From positions 128,001 to 192,000 of the forward strand of contig JBEKTQ010000001.1 in assembly GCA_049515895.1 (NCBI GenBank): a stretch of DNA of 64,000 nucleotides, given 5' to 3'. Of this stretch, positions 50,403 to 59,944 are shown one piece after another. A program made the translations under genes and the position numbers. Numbering within the stretch: the stretch's first letter is position 1; every line of letters starts with the position of its first letter. Below the pieces are notes generated by a model, which saw nothing but the letters and a program-made list of their open reading frames with translations, made no database searches and was not told the origin of the DNA. The stretch is from Candidatus Bathyarchaeia archaeon. GTDB taxonomy: Archaea > Thermoproteota > Bathyarchaeia > Bathyarchaeales > Bathycorpusculaceae.

Positions 50403-51914
50403 TTATTCTCCAGCCATTTTTACGCCCAATATCCTCAGTTCAGTACGGCTTAACCCGACGCCTCTTAGCGCAAGTCGGTTGCCTCGTAAGCTTTCGATGG
50501 CGTTAATTCCCATGCCGCCCATCATGTCTTTAATCTCAACGCTCCAGCTGTTAAGCAGATTAACGAGCCGTTTGGAGGCAATGTCGGGGTTTATACGTTT
50601 ACTAATCCATGGGTCACTTGTAGCGATACCCCATGGGCACTTGCCCGTATGGCAGCGTTGACAAACGGTGCAACCCATAGCTATCAAAGCAGCAGTGGCA
50701 ATGTACACTGCGTCAGCGCCAAGAGCTATGGCTTTGAACACGTCGGCGCTGCTTCTGAAACCACCTGCTGCCACCACGGATGCCTGATTACGGATGCCTT
50801 CTTCGCGAAGCCGCTGGTCGACTTGTGCAATTGCCAACTCTATAGGTATGCCCACGTTGTCCCTGATTACTTTGGGTGCTGCGCCAGTTGCGCCTCTCAC
50901 ACCATCAAGAGCGATGACGTCCGCTCCAGCGCGAACCATGCCGCTGGCGATTGCTGCTGAATTGTGAACTGCGGCGATTTTGACTGAAATAGGCTTAGTG
51001 TAGTTTGTTGCTTCTTTAAGTGCGTAGATCAACTGGCGTAGGTCCTCGATTGAGTAGATGTCGTGTTGAGGGTAAGGCGAAAGTGCATCTGTTCCTGTTG
51101 GTATCATGCGTGTTCTAGCTACGTGCTCGGTTACTTTTTCGCCTGGCAAATGTCCGCCTATGCCTGGTTTTGCGCCTTGACCGATCTTGATTTCCACGGC
51201 TGCGCCAGCGTTGAGGTATTTGGGGTGGACTCCAAACCTTCCCGATGCCACTTGGACGATGGCGTGAGCGCCGTACTTGTAGAGACTCTGGTCTAAGCCG
51301 CCTTCTCCTGTGTTAAAGTAGGTGCCGCATTCAGTAGCCGCCCTCGCGAGGGATTCATGCACGTTTAAGCTTATGGCGCCGTAAGACATGGCTGAGAACA
51401 TTATCGGAGTGTCGAGGCAAAGCTGCGGAGCAAGCTTGGTCTTCAGGACTGTTTCCCCATTTTCCATTTCCAACTCAACCTTGTCCGGTTTCGCGCCAAG
51501 ATAGGTCCTGATCTCCATCGGTTCGCGCAACGGGTCAATTGACGGGTTAGTGACTTGGCTAGCGTTGAGCAGCAGGCGGTCCCAGTAAGTGTAATCTGGT
51601 TTGTCGCAGCCCATGCCTGTCAAGATTACTGCGCCACTTTCAGCCTGCTTCTTAAGATCCCGTATGGCTTCCAGCGTCCAGTTCGCGTTTTCTCTGTTGG
51701 CGTTAGGGTTCTTTCTTACAGTAATTGCATGCGTTGGGCAGAAGGTTACGCAGCGTTGGCAATTAACGCAGTTCTCCTCCTTGCTGCAAACTGTGTCTGT
51801 TTCTTCATCGTAGTAGTGGGTGTCGTATGTGCATTGGTTAACGCATACCTTGCAGCGTATGCACCGGTTTTGGTCCCTTTCAACAATGTACTCGGGGATT
51901 ACGTAAGTTTTCAT
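50403..51914 (-). CDS. Archaeal glutamate synthase FMN subunit with N-terminal 2x[4Fe-4S] (GltB2)
   Basis: CIRCKVC/CVNCQRC, AMSYGAIS, NTGEGG, EIKIGQGAKPGIGGHLPG, CTVCQRCHTGKCPWG. Confidence 0.95.
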   Translation of the reverse strand: MKTYVIPEYIVERDQNRCIRCKVCVNQCTYDTHYYDEETDTVCSKEENCVNCQRCVTFCPTHAITVRKNPNANRENANWTLEAIRDLKKQAESGAVILTGMGCDKPDYTYWDRLLLNASQVTNPSIDPLREPMEIRTYLGAKPDKVELEMENGETVLKTKLAPQLCLDTPIMFSAMSYGAISLNVHESLARAATECGTYFNTGEGGLDQSLYKYGAHAIVQVASGRFGVHPKYLNAGAAVEIKIGQGAKPGIGGHLPGEKVTEHVARTRMIPTGTDALSPYPQHDIYSIEDLRQLIYALKEATNYTKPISVKIAAVHNSAAIASGMVRAGADVIALDGVRGATGAAPKVIRDNVGIPIELAIAQVDQRLREEGIRNQASVVAAGGFRSSADVFKAIALGADAVYIATAALIAMGCTVCQRCHTGKCPWGIATSDPWISKRINPDIASKRLVNLLNSWSVEIKDMMGGMGINAIESLRGNRLALRGVGLSRTELRILGVKMAGE

Positions 51915-53053
51915 TGATTTTGTCCTCCCTCTAAAACATCAACCGTTTCAGTTTCACCGTTTTTGAGTCTGCACACGACTGGTTCTCCGCCTCTTGGAGC
52001 CCAGAACTTGTCGAGCTGCGGAGAAACCAACCGCATGGCTGATTCTTCTGACGACAGATAGATGTAGTCGCCGTTTGTGCCAGCTACCAACGGTCGAAGC
52101 TTGATTCTGTCGGTCAACCCTATCATCTCCCCGTGGTGAGCGACGACAATGCTAAATGGTCCATTCATTAGTAAGCTGCCGTAGGTTTGACGCAGAGTTC
52201 TGAGTAGCTGAGCTTTTTGGGGCTCCATCTGGTCGATTTCGTCCCATAGCGGCGCCGCAAGGATTTGGGCTACAAGCTCGATTGGCAGGTTTTGTTTTCG
52301 CATGAGCAAGTCTACAGCGTAAGCTAATACTTCGGTGTCTGTTTGCATGGTGCACTTGTAACCGTACATTTCCAGGTAGCGTCGGTTTATGCCGTAGGAT
52401 GAGAGTTCACCGTTGTGAATTACTGTCCAGTCCAGTATGTTAAATGGGTGCGCCCCTCCCCACCAGCCAGGCGTGTTCGTGGGGAACCTGCTGTGGCATG
52501 ACCAGAGGTATCCTTGGTAATCTTCAAGGCAGAAGAAGTCTGCTACATCTTCAGGGAAGCCTACACCTTTGAATACACCCATGTCTTTGCCGCTTGAGAA
52601 AACAAACGCTTTCCCCGTTTCTGTGTTTATACGCATGACAGTTTCAATTATGTAGTCTTCTTCGGTTTGGTTTTTAGGTCTGATTTTTTTGGGTTGAACG
52701 AAGTAACGCCAAACCAGCGGCGGATTATGAACATCAGCTGGTTTTGTCTGCATTTCTTCATCGTAGATCATGTCAAATTTCGAAGCGAGTATACGGTTGG
52801 TTTCTTCTTTCGCGTCTTTGCTTAGGTACATTATGTGGAACGCGTAGTAATCTTTGAAGTCTGGGTATATGCCGTAAACCGCGAAGCCGCCGCCTAACCC
52901 GTTGCCGCGGTCATGCATGTTCCTAACTGCACGCACGGGATCTTTTGAGCTGAAACGTTTGCGTTCTGTGTTCATCATTCCGAAGATGGCGCAGCCTGAG
53001 AAGTCCTTGTCGTCACCGAAAGGATTGATCGTTTTTTGATCTTGCATGTTCAT
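51911..53053 (-). CDS. Glutamate synthase class II glutamine amidotransferase subunit (GltB1)
   Basis: CAIFG, DRGNGLGGG, HSRFPTNT, AHPF, HNGE, TDTE, DRIKLRP. Confidence 0.92.
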   Translation of the reverse strand: MNMQDQKTINPFGDDKDFSGCAIFGMMNTERKRFSSKDPVRAVRNMHDRGNGLGGGFAVYGIYPDFKDYYAFHIMYLSKDAKEETNRILASKFDMIYDEEMQTKPADVHNPPLVWRYFVQPKKIRPKNQTEEDYIIETVMRINTETGKAFVFSSGKDMGVFKGVGFPEDVADFFCLEDYQGYLWSCHSRFPTNTPGWWGGAHPFNILDWTVIHNGELSSYGINRRYLEMYGYKCTMQTDTEVLAYAVDLLMRKQNLPIELVAQILAAPLWDEIDQMEPQKAQLLRTLRQTYGSLLMNGPFSIVVAHHGEMIGLTDRIKLRPLVAGTNGDYIYLSSEESAMRLVSPQLDKFWAPRGGEPVVCRLKNGETETVDVLEGGQNQ

Positions 53054-53054
53054 T

Positions 53055-54335
53055 TTATTGCACCACCTTCATTTTTCTCTGCAGAGTAACTGGCAACGCT
53101 GCCCAGCTGAAGTCGTCCGCCAGAAGTTGCAACTTAAATTTTTTCACGTTTACCGCATTCTTCATCAAATAGAACAGTATGCCTGCTCGTTCAATCGAGT
53201 TAACAAGAGTCATGCCCAAGATAACATTGTCCTTGAGAACCAACTTTTTGTAAATGTTGTGTTCAGAATCAAGTTTAACAAGGACTTCCAACGCGGGGTC
53301 ATCTTTAGGATTAGCCAAGCCCACGGAGACAACGGGGATGCCGAAGTACTTGAGGCTGCTCATATTTGTGCCGCCAGCATAGGTGCTTTTTTTGCCCGCC
53401 ATGTTGCAACCTGCAACCTGACCTTCCAACACCGCAAGAGGCCAAAGAGGCAAAAGACGGTTCTGGTTGAGAACGAAGTCATAAGCTTCAGCTACGTCGC
53501 CGCTGGCGTAAACGTCAGGGACACTTGTCTGCATCATACTGTCAACTACGATTCCCCTATTAGTTTTCACGGCTGTTCCCGCAACCAATTCAAGCCGCGG
53601 AATGACGCCGATTGCTACAACAACAAGGTCGCAGGGCACTTGGTCACCTTTGGTTAAGACTACTCCGCCGACTACGCTGTCGTTGCCTGGTTTGCCTATG
53701 ATTTTCTGAACCGACTGTCCGGTAATGATGTCTACGCCTGCTTTTCGAACAACGGCTTCCACAATGTCTGAGCCTTTAGGATCCAAGAGCAGACTTAGAA
53801 TTTTATCTTGCAATTCAACCATGGTAACCTTTAAGCCACGTTTCACAAGGGCTTCGGCTACGCTTATACCGATGAGTCCTGCGCCTATAACCACTGCTGA
53901 TTTAGCGTTTATGCTCGCGATTTTAGCTGCAAGGAACTGGGCGTCCTTAAGGGTTGTGAAGGTGAAAACGCCATCTTTGTCTGAGCCTTCCATCTTGGGG
54001 ACGAATGGTTTGCCGCCAGTTGCAATAAGCAGTTTTTCGTAAGGAATTTTTTCGCCGCTTTCAAGTTGGACGGCTTTTTCCTCAAAGTTTATGGTTGTAA
54101 CTTTCTTGCCTATGACTGCTTCCACGTTGTTTTCTTTCCAGAAATCCTCGGTTCGGCAATCAACTTTTTTGATGTCTGCTTTGCCGCTGACAAAATCGCT
54201 AATCATTGGACGGCTGTAATGAGAGCATGTTTCCTCGGTGATTACAGTTAGAGTTCCAACTGCGTCTACTTCTCTTATGGCTTCGACTGCGCCTATGCCT
54301 GCCGCGGAAGCGCCTACAATCACGTACTTTGCCAT
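53055..54335 (-). CDS. FAD/NAD(P)H-dependent pyridine nucleotide-disulfide oxidoreductase
   Basis: VIVGASAAG, LLIATGG, VIGAGLIG, VYASGDVAE; in operon with the glutamate synthase subunits. Confidence 0.9.
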   Translation of the reverse strand: MAKYVIVGASAAGIGAVEAIREVDAVGTLTVITEETCSHYSRPMISDFVSGKADIKKVDCRTEDFWKENNVEAVIGKKVTTINFEEKAVQLESGEKIPYEKLLIATGGKPFVPKMEGSDKDGVFTFTTLKDAQFLAAKIASINAKSAVVIGAGLIGISVAEALVKRGLKVTMVELQDKILSLLLDPKGSDIVEAVVRKAGVDIITGQSVQKIIGKPGNDSVVGGVVLTKGDQVPCDLVVVAIGVIPRLELVAGTAVKTNRGIVVDSMMQTSVPDVYASGDVAEAYDFVLNQNRLLPLWPLAVLEGQVAGCNMAGKKSTYAGGTNMSSLKYFGIPVVSVGLANPKDDPALEVLVKLDSEHNIYKKLVLKDNVILGMTLVNSIERAGILFYLMKNAVNVKKFKLQLLADDFSWAALPVTLQRKMKVVQ

Positions 54336-54782
54336 TTAAGGTTTCACCTCTTTGAAAACCAGTGCTTCGTTGGGACAGTTGGCGACGCATGCCGGCTCGT
54401 CGAAGCCTTGGCATAAATCGCACTTGGTGACCACGTGGCCTTCTTTATCCATTATTATGGCGCCGTATGGGCAAACCATTATGCAAGTCCAGCAGCCCAT
54501 GCATTTCTGTGGGTCATGAGTGACCAAGCCTGTTTTCTGGTCTTTCCGCATCGCGCCTGATAGACAGGCGGTTACGCAGGGGGCGTCTTCGCAGTGTCTG
54601 CACTGGATAGCGAATGAGACTGGCTTGTTTCGTTCTACTCTTACTCTGCTTACAGGTTTGGGGCGTTCGCTATTGTAGGCTTTGATTATGTCTTTTGATT
54701 TTGAATGTTGGACTGTGCAGTATACTTCGCATAGGCCGCAGCCCATGCAGTTTTCTTGTTTTGCAACTATTCTTTTAGCCAT
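54336..54782 (-). CDS. 4Fe-4S dicluster electron-transfer protein (CooF/DmsB-like)
   Basis: CMGCGLCEVYC, CRHCEDAPCVTAC, CMGCWTCIMVCP, KCDLC..PACVANCP. Confidence 0.92.
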   Translation of the reverse strand: MAKRIVAKQENCMGCGLCEVYCTVQHSKSKDIIKAYNSERPKPVSRVRVERNKPVSFAIQCRHCEDAPCVTACLSGAMRKDQKTGLVTHDPQKCMGCWTCIMVCPYGAIIMDKEGHVVTKCDLCQGFDEPACVANCPNEALVFKEVKP

Positions 54783-55004
54783 AATTTAAACCTCGAGTTT
54801 TCAAGTTTAGCGTGGACAAGTGAGCATGAAAATGTGCAGTTCGACGTCGCTTGTGCATAGGACGCCTTTGGTCGTGGTTGATCGTTTACCACGTTCCATG
54901 ATTGGTTTGCAGGTGTTTGCCGCCATTTTTACCACTTTATGCAAAGAGTTAGCCCATTTAAATAGCATGTATTCTATATAACTTTGTTGGTAATCATTTA
55001 TATG

Positions 55005-55020
55005 ATAGTTCACGAACTAT
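55005..55020. promoter_or_regulatory. Perfect inverted repeat, putative operator
   Basis: ATAGTTC-AC-GAACTAT directly after TTTATATG, 35 nt before the start of the AbrB-PhoU gene. Confidence 0.5.
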
Positions 55021-55054
55021 GTTATCTAAATGAAACATATATCAGGCGAGTTTT

Positions 55055-56158
55055 TTGGCTGAAAAAGACTTAGGATATAGAAGAGTCCAATGCACAGGAA
55101 GAGGCTCATACATAATATCCCTCCCTAAAGAATGGGTAACAGACCTCGACCTAAAACGAGGCAGCGAAATAGCATTCAACATAGAGCCAGACTCCACACT
55201 AATGCTTGTTCCAAGAAAAGTTCAGGAAAGAGAAGGCCGCGGCAACGCAGCTAAACCCAAAGAATACTACGTAAACATTGATCCGAAGGAAACGATTCAA
55301 TCCACATTAAGAATGATAAAATCATTATACGCGATAGGAGCCGACATAATCAGAGTCCACATTAAGAACCCGCAAGACGCAGCCAAGTACAAGAATGAAA
55401 TAAAAACCTTAGCAAGAGACAGCTTTCTGGGTTCAGAAATAATCGATGAAACATCAGATGAAATCACGATGCAAATCCTAATAAAACATTCAGAGTTTCC
55501 CATTGAAAAAGCCGTCCGAAGAATGGCAATAGTAGCGCTGTCCTCAAACAGAGACGCCATCGCCGCCCTCAAAGACCGAAACACCACTTTGTTTGATGCA
55601 GTTATCAACGCACACAACGACGTGAACCGACTGGGATTGTACGTTGTTCGCCAACTCAAATATGGTATAGAGCGAAACCTCTATCGGGAACTCGGTTTCA
55701 AAACACCCAAAGAATTCCTTCTCTACCGCATAGCTGTCAACGACGTTGAAAGCATAGCCCAAAATGCAATGAATATCATAAATAGCCTGGGTTCACTTCA
55801 AAAATTAATTGACGATGAAACGCTCTTCGTTAAAGATCCCGTGGACGAAGAAATATACAATCAACTCGTAGATTTCAGTTCGCTGGCGCAACAATCATAC
55901 GATGACGCTATTAAGGCGCTTTTCAAGCGAGATTACAAAGACGCGGAAAAGCTCATTTCAAAACGTGACTCCTTCATCACTCTTGAAAACGAATTAGTGA
56001 TGCTGATGTCCAGCAAGAAACTAGATCCTAACATCGCTTCAGCGCTGCGCATGATTTTTGATAGTTCAAGACGAATACTGGATTACAGCAGAAACATGGC
56101 AGAGCTAACCCTTAACCGAACAGTAGAAGAACAATGCTCAACGCTTGCATACAAATAG
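55055..56158 (+). CDS. Archaeal AbrB-PhoU family regulator
   Basis: RRVQCTGRGSYIISLPKEWV AbrB domain followed by two PhoU helical repeats. Confidence 0.9.
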   Translation: MAEKDLGYRRVQCTGRGSYIISLPKEWVTDLDLKRGSEIAFNIEPDSTLMLVPRKVQEREGRGNAAKPKEYYVNIDPKETIQSTLRMIKSLYAIGADIIRVHIKNPQDAAKYKNEIKTLARDSFLGSEIIDETSDEITMQILIKHSEFPIEKAVRRMAIVALSSNRDAIAALKDRNTTLFDAVINAHNDVNRLGLYVVRQLKYGIERNLYRELGFKTPKEFLLYRIAVNDVESIAQNAMNIINSLGSLQKLIDDETLFVKDPVDEEIYNQLVDFSSLAQQSYDDAIKALFKRDYKDAEKLISKRDSFITLENELVMLMSSKKLDPNIASALRMIFDSSRRILDYSRNMAELTLNRTVEEQCSTLAYK

Positions 56159-56193
56159 AGCTAGGAGAAACACATGGAATCAAAATGCAAAGA

Positions 56194-56301
56194 TGGTGCT
56201 CCGGCCGGGATTTGGACCCGGGTCCGCGACTCGAGAGGCCGCTATACTTGGTCCCTTGGGTAGAAGCCTTAGTAGGTTTGACCGGACTATACTACCGGAG
56301 C
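56194..56301 (-). tRNA. tRNA-Glu(CTC) with a 30-nt D-loop intron (position 21/22) and encoded CCA
   Basis: Acceptor GCTCCGG/CCGGAGC, anticodon arm GCGGC-CT-CTC-GA-GTCGC, T arm CCGGG-TCCAAAT-CCCGG; BHB GGTC/GACC with 3-nt bulges; intron 56248-56277; spliced length 78 nt. Confidence 0.93.
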
Positions 56302-56380
56302 ATTCGCAAAAATGTGTTCTCTAAGAAATAAATATGTTTTTATGACTTTGCATTGCAAAAAATTAGGTTTCTTTGGAACG

Positions 56381-56734
56381 CTATGTTTCCTCGTCAACAC
56401 GCAAAAAAGTCTTGATTGTTACCATCATTTTGGCCAGCCCTTTCTCTGTTATAGGCGGTTGATAGGGTATTCGCAGAACCTCCCAGCCTTTTGCTTCAAG
56501 CAACTCGTCGATTTCATTGTCCCGCTGCTGTTGCTTATCGCTTGAATGTACGGGTGTACCGTCTAAGTAAACGATTTTGCGTTTGTTCATCCAGCAGAAG
56601 TCGGGGATAGTTGATTTTAGGATTATTGGTTTCTGGGTTACCATGCCACCGGTTAATCCGGCCTTGCTTAGTTCGTTGAATAACGCGATTTCTGCTTGGC
56701 TGACTTTAGGATGCATGTTGGCTTTGTAACTCAA
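56381..56734 (-). CDS. DUF559/Vsr-like endonuclease domain protein
   Basis: SQAEIALF, IPDF, VYLDGTPVH, QRDNEIDELLEAKGWEVLRI. Confidence 0.82.
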   Translation of the reverse strand: MSYKANMHPKVSQAEIALFNELSKAGLTGGMVTQKPIILKSTIPDFCWMNKRKIVYLDGTPVHSSDKQQQRDNEIDELLEAKGWEVLRIPYQPPITEKGLAKMMVTIKTFLRVDEET

Positions 56735-56825
56735 GTTATTTCCCGAAAAGTAGGATTATATGTTATCCTTAATAAATCATATATAGTAAAACGGTCACTT
56801 TCTGCACCGGTGTAACCAAAAGCCG

Positions 56826-56928
56826 GCTTGGCGGATCGCACCTGTTAATCCAAGACGCGAATCAGAATAAGCACCTGTTTTCCCAGGGTTTGACAATCCG
56901 CGCCTTGTTCAACCGTGACCCGCCAAGC
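56826..56928 (-). ncRNA. Candidate structured non-coding RNA (long interrupted stem-loop)
   Basis: 12-bp and 13-bp helices that pair fully only on the minus strand, via G-U; no credible ORF in the region. Confidence 0.45.
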
Positions 56929-57095
56929 AATGGGTGTACCTCTTGGATGGCTATTTCTCGCAAGATAACAATTCCTTGCGCCGTATAAATGGACTTGTGG
57001 TTGTACAATTGCAACAACAAGCGTGCAAGCTTCGATAGAATTATTTGATTTTCAAAGTTGCAAATGATAGAAATTAGCGTTTGCTTGTTTCAACA

Positions 57096-57299
57096 TCAAT
57101 TTGCCGTTTGCTTTGTTTCTTCGAAAACTGCTGGCAAAAAGGTTACGTTCTCTTTTTCCGGTGCTTTTCGGTTTACGCGTCGTGGTCTTTTCTGGTCGCC
57201 TATCCAGTACATGCTCCAACCCATGAAGAAAATGAAAATTAAGGCTGGAAGAAGTAGAAGCGCAATGGTGTTTTTGCGTTTGCGTTTTTTGATTGGCAA
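57096..57299 (-). CDS. Small single-TM membrane protein
   Basis: Basic N-terminus, hydrophobic helix, GWSMYWIG. Confidence 0.6.
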   Translation of the reverse strand: MPIKKRKRKNTIALLLLPALIFIFFMGWSMYWIGDQKRPRRVNRKAPEKENVTFLPAVFEETKQTAN

Positions 57300-57523
57300 G
57301 TTTGCACCTGGCTACCTCTTATGCCGTTGGCAAGATAAGCTTTGATAACTTGTAATAATGATTCAGAATCAACAAATGGGCGAAAAAATGAAAATATTTT
57401 TTTTAAGATCAAAACCAAATCATGTGTCAGTTTCCAGTTTGGCGTCTTTAGGGTTTCCGATAGCCTTTGTGATTAGAGGAGATGAAAAAGGAAGGGTTGG
57501 ACCTTCGTCCGGTAACCATTTGG

Positions 57524-59944
57524 TTAGCTTTCGGTCTTTTTCTTCACTTCGACAGGTGGATAATCTTTTAGTCTGTCAGCCATTTCGGAAAGTTGTTTGT
57601 TAACAAGGTAATTGACTGTTCCTTCTTCGAAAGTTCCGTCCGAGCGCCTTTCTCCTGCTTTCTTTCCCGTGAGAAACTCTATTCCTTCATCTATCGTTTT
57701 GACTGAGTAAATGTTGAATTCGCCTGCTTTCACCGCTTCAATAACTTCTTCCTTTAACATCAGGTTCTGCACGTTGCTTTCAGGTATCATGACACCCTGC
57801 TGCCCCGTTAATCCTTTCAGTTTGCAGACTTCGAAGAAACCTTCGATTTTTTCATTTACTCCGCCGATGGCTTGAACTTCACCCTTCTGGTTAACTGAGC
57901 CGGTGACTGCTACATTCTGCTTTATCGGTAGCCCAGAGAGCGCTGATAGAATCGAGTATAGTTCAGTGCTTGATGCGCTGTCGCCTTCGACTCCTTCGTA
58001 GTTTTGTTCAAATACTAATCTTGCTGAGAGGCTCAACGGCTTATCTCTGATGTATTTGTCGTTTAAGTATCCGCTGAGAATCAAAACGCCTTTTGTGTGT
58101 ATGGGTCCACCCATCTTGGCTTCTCTTTCAATGTCCATGACTCCCTCTCTGCCTAAGCCTATGCTTGCTGTTACGCGCGAAGGGTTTCCGAAGGCGAAAT
58201 CGCCCATTCCCATAACGGATAAGCCGTTAACTTGCCCCACCTTTTCTTGAGCAGTGTCTATTAGGAAGAATCCGCGTTTTATCATTTCCTGGATTTTTTC
58301 TTGGATGAGTTTTGAACGGTAGACTTTTTCTTCTATCGCTTTCTTTATCTGGTCTCCCGTTATGAAATCGGAATTGTTTTGAGTAGCGTAAAAATTTGCT
58401 TCCCTAATTATGTCAGCGACATAGGCAAATTGTGTTGACAATTTGTATTGGTCTTCCACGATTCTTGAGCTGTACTCGACTAGTTTTGCGATGCCTGTTC
58501 CATCAAGGTGCTTGAGGCTTTCTTTTTCACAAAGAGTGCATACCCAGGCGGCGTATTGCTTTACTTCGTTTTCTGTTCTATCCATCACTGTGTCGAATTC
58601 TGCTTTAATTTTGAAGAGTTCCTTGAAGTCAGGGTCCAACTCGAACATCATTTGGTAGAGGTAGGGGGTTCCGATCAAAATAACTTTAGTTGTCAAAGGA
58701 ATGGGCTGGGGCTTGAGTGTTTTGACGCTGAGGAATCCGTAGCGTTCTTCAGGCTCTGCTATAGTCATGGTTTCATCTCTAAGGTCTCTTTTGAGTCCGT
58801 CGTAAGAGAATGGGTTTTGCAGTAACTCTTCCACGGAGATGATTAGGTATCCACCGTTAGCCTTATGGATTGAACCCGCGCGGATCATGCTAAAGTCGGT
58901 TGTTAAAGCGCCGAATTGTGCCTCCTTTTCTGTCTTGCCTAGAAGGTTAGGGTACGTCGGGTTTGTTTCCATGACCACAGGGGCTCCTTTCGTTTCGGAG
59001 TTGTCGATAATAACGTTTACTTCGTATTTCTTGAAGGGATCTTCTCTCATCCAAGGCATTTGGAAAGGGAACTGCTCCTGCTGTTCAGCACCTCCGCTTC
59101 TTCTGATGAACTGCTGCAGGTTATCCAACACGTCATTCTCCACGGCTTTAAGATAATCTATCACCGCAGCGTTTTCATTGTATTTCTCTCTAAGTCTTTC
59201 CACAAGATTACCAATGGAGTACAGGGCAACTTCCTTGTTCAGCTTCTTCAAGGCATCGTGGATCTGCCTTTCCATGTCGATAAGCTGCCGCATCGTGTTC
59301 CTAAATTCCGTCTCCAACATTTCCCTTTTGGCTTGCAGTCTTTCCCTCGTTTTTTGAGGCAACGCAAGCATTTCTTCATCGCTGAGTGGTTTACCGTCTA
59401 AAACTGGGATAAGTAGCAGCCCGATAGGCGTGGTTTGAATCACGAAGCCTTCGCGTTGAGCCTTCACGTTTAGCTCTTCAATCAGCTGTTTCCTTTTTTC
59501 TTCTAACTCTCGGATGGTGTTTTCTCTTCTTGCTGCGTAATCTTCACTTTCAAAAGCTTTAGGAAGCGCAGTTTTAGCGTTTTCAATAAAGTTCTTCATG
59601 TCATCTCGAAATTCTTTTCCTTTCCCCGCTGGCAACTGAATCGCTTTGGGCTCATATTGATTTCCAAAATTGTTAACGTAACACCAGTCAGGTGGTACAG
59701 GCCTGGTTCTAGCTTGTGCTTCTACGAAGCTTTTAACGGTGGATTTTCTCCCTGTTCCGGGATAACCTGCCACGTACATGTTGAAGCCGTGGTTTTTTAT
59801 TCCCAGACCAAACCTTAAGGCGCGTACGGCTCTTTCTTGTCCAATGATCTCGTCCAAAGGAGCAAGCTCCTTTGTTGATTCACATCGCATAAGGTTGGGG
59901 GGACATATCTTTCTGAGTTTTTCAAGAGGTAACTTGTTTACCAC
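57524..59944 (-). CDS. Lon-family serine protease, LonC-like (coiled-coil insert, no TM segment)
   Basis: IIGQERA, PDWCYVNNF, AGSIHKANGG, VGQVNGL, EGDSAS (Ser) and GGVNEKIEG (Lys) dyad. Confidence 0.9.
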   Translation of the reverse strand: MVNKLPLEKLRKICPPNLMRCESTKELAPLDEIIGQERAVRALRFGLGIKNHGFNMYVAGYPGTGRKSTVKSFVEAQARTRPVPPDWCYVNNFGNQYEPKAIQLPAGKGKEFRDDMKNFIENAKTALPKAFESEDYAARRENTIRELEEKRKQLIEELNVKAQREGFVIQTTPIGLLLIPVLDGKPLSDEEMLALPQKTRERLQAKREMLETEFRNTMRQLIDMERQIHDALKKLNKEVALYSIGNLVERLREKYNENAAVIDYLKAVENDVLDNLQQFIRRSGGAEQQEQFPFQMPWMREDPFKKYEVNVIIDNSETKGAPVVMETNPTYPNLLGKTEKEAQFGALTTDFSMIRAGSIHKANGGYLIISVEELLQNPFSYDGLKRDLRDETMTIAEPEERYGFLSVKTLKPQPIPLTTKVILIGTPYLYQMMFELDPDFKELFKIKAEFDTVMDRTENEVKQYAAWVCTLCEKESLKHLDGTGIAKLVEYSSRIVEDQYKLSTQFAYVADIIREANFYATQNNSDFITGDQIKKAIEEKVYRSKLIQEKIQEMIKRGFFLIDTAQEKVGQVNGLSVMGMGDFAFGNPSRVTASIGLGREGVMDIEREAKMGGPIHTKGVLILSGYLNDKYIRDKPLSLSARLVFEQNYEGVEGDSASSTELYSILSALSGLPIKQNVAVTGSVNQKGEVQAIGGVNEKIEGFFEVCKLKGLTGQQGVMIPESNVQNLMLKEEVIEAVKAGEFNIYSVKTIDEGIEFLTGKKAGERRSDGTFEEGTVNYLVNKQLSEMADRLKDYPPVEVKKKTES

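Noticed and set aside
56160-56200. tRNA-Glu 3' end as an integration site
   Set aside because: I saw no duplicated tRNA 3' fragment or adjacent integrase; the neighbour is a housekeeping-type regulator.
56134-56331. 65-aa ORF
   Set aside because: Antisense overlap of tRNA-Glu.
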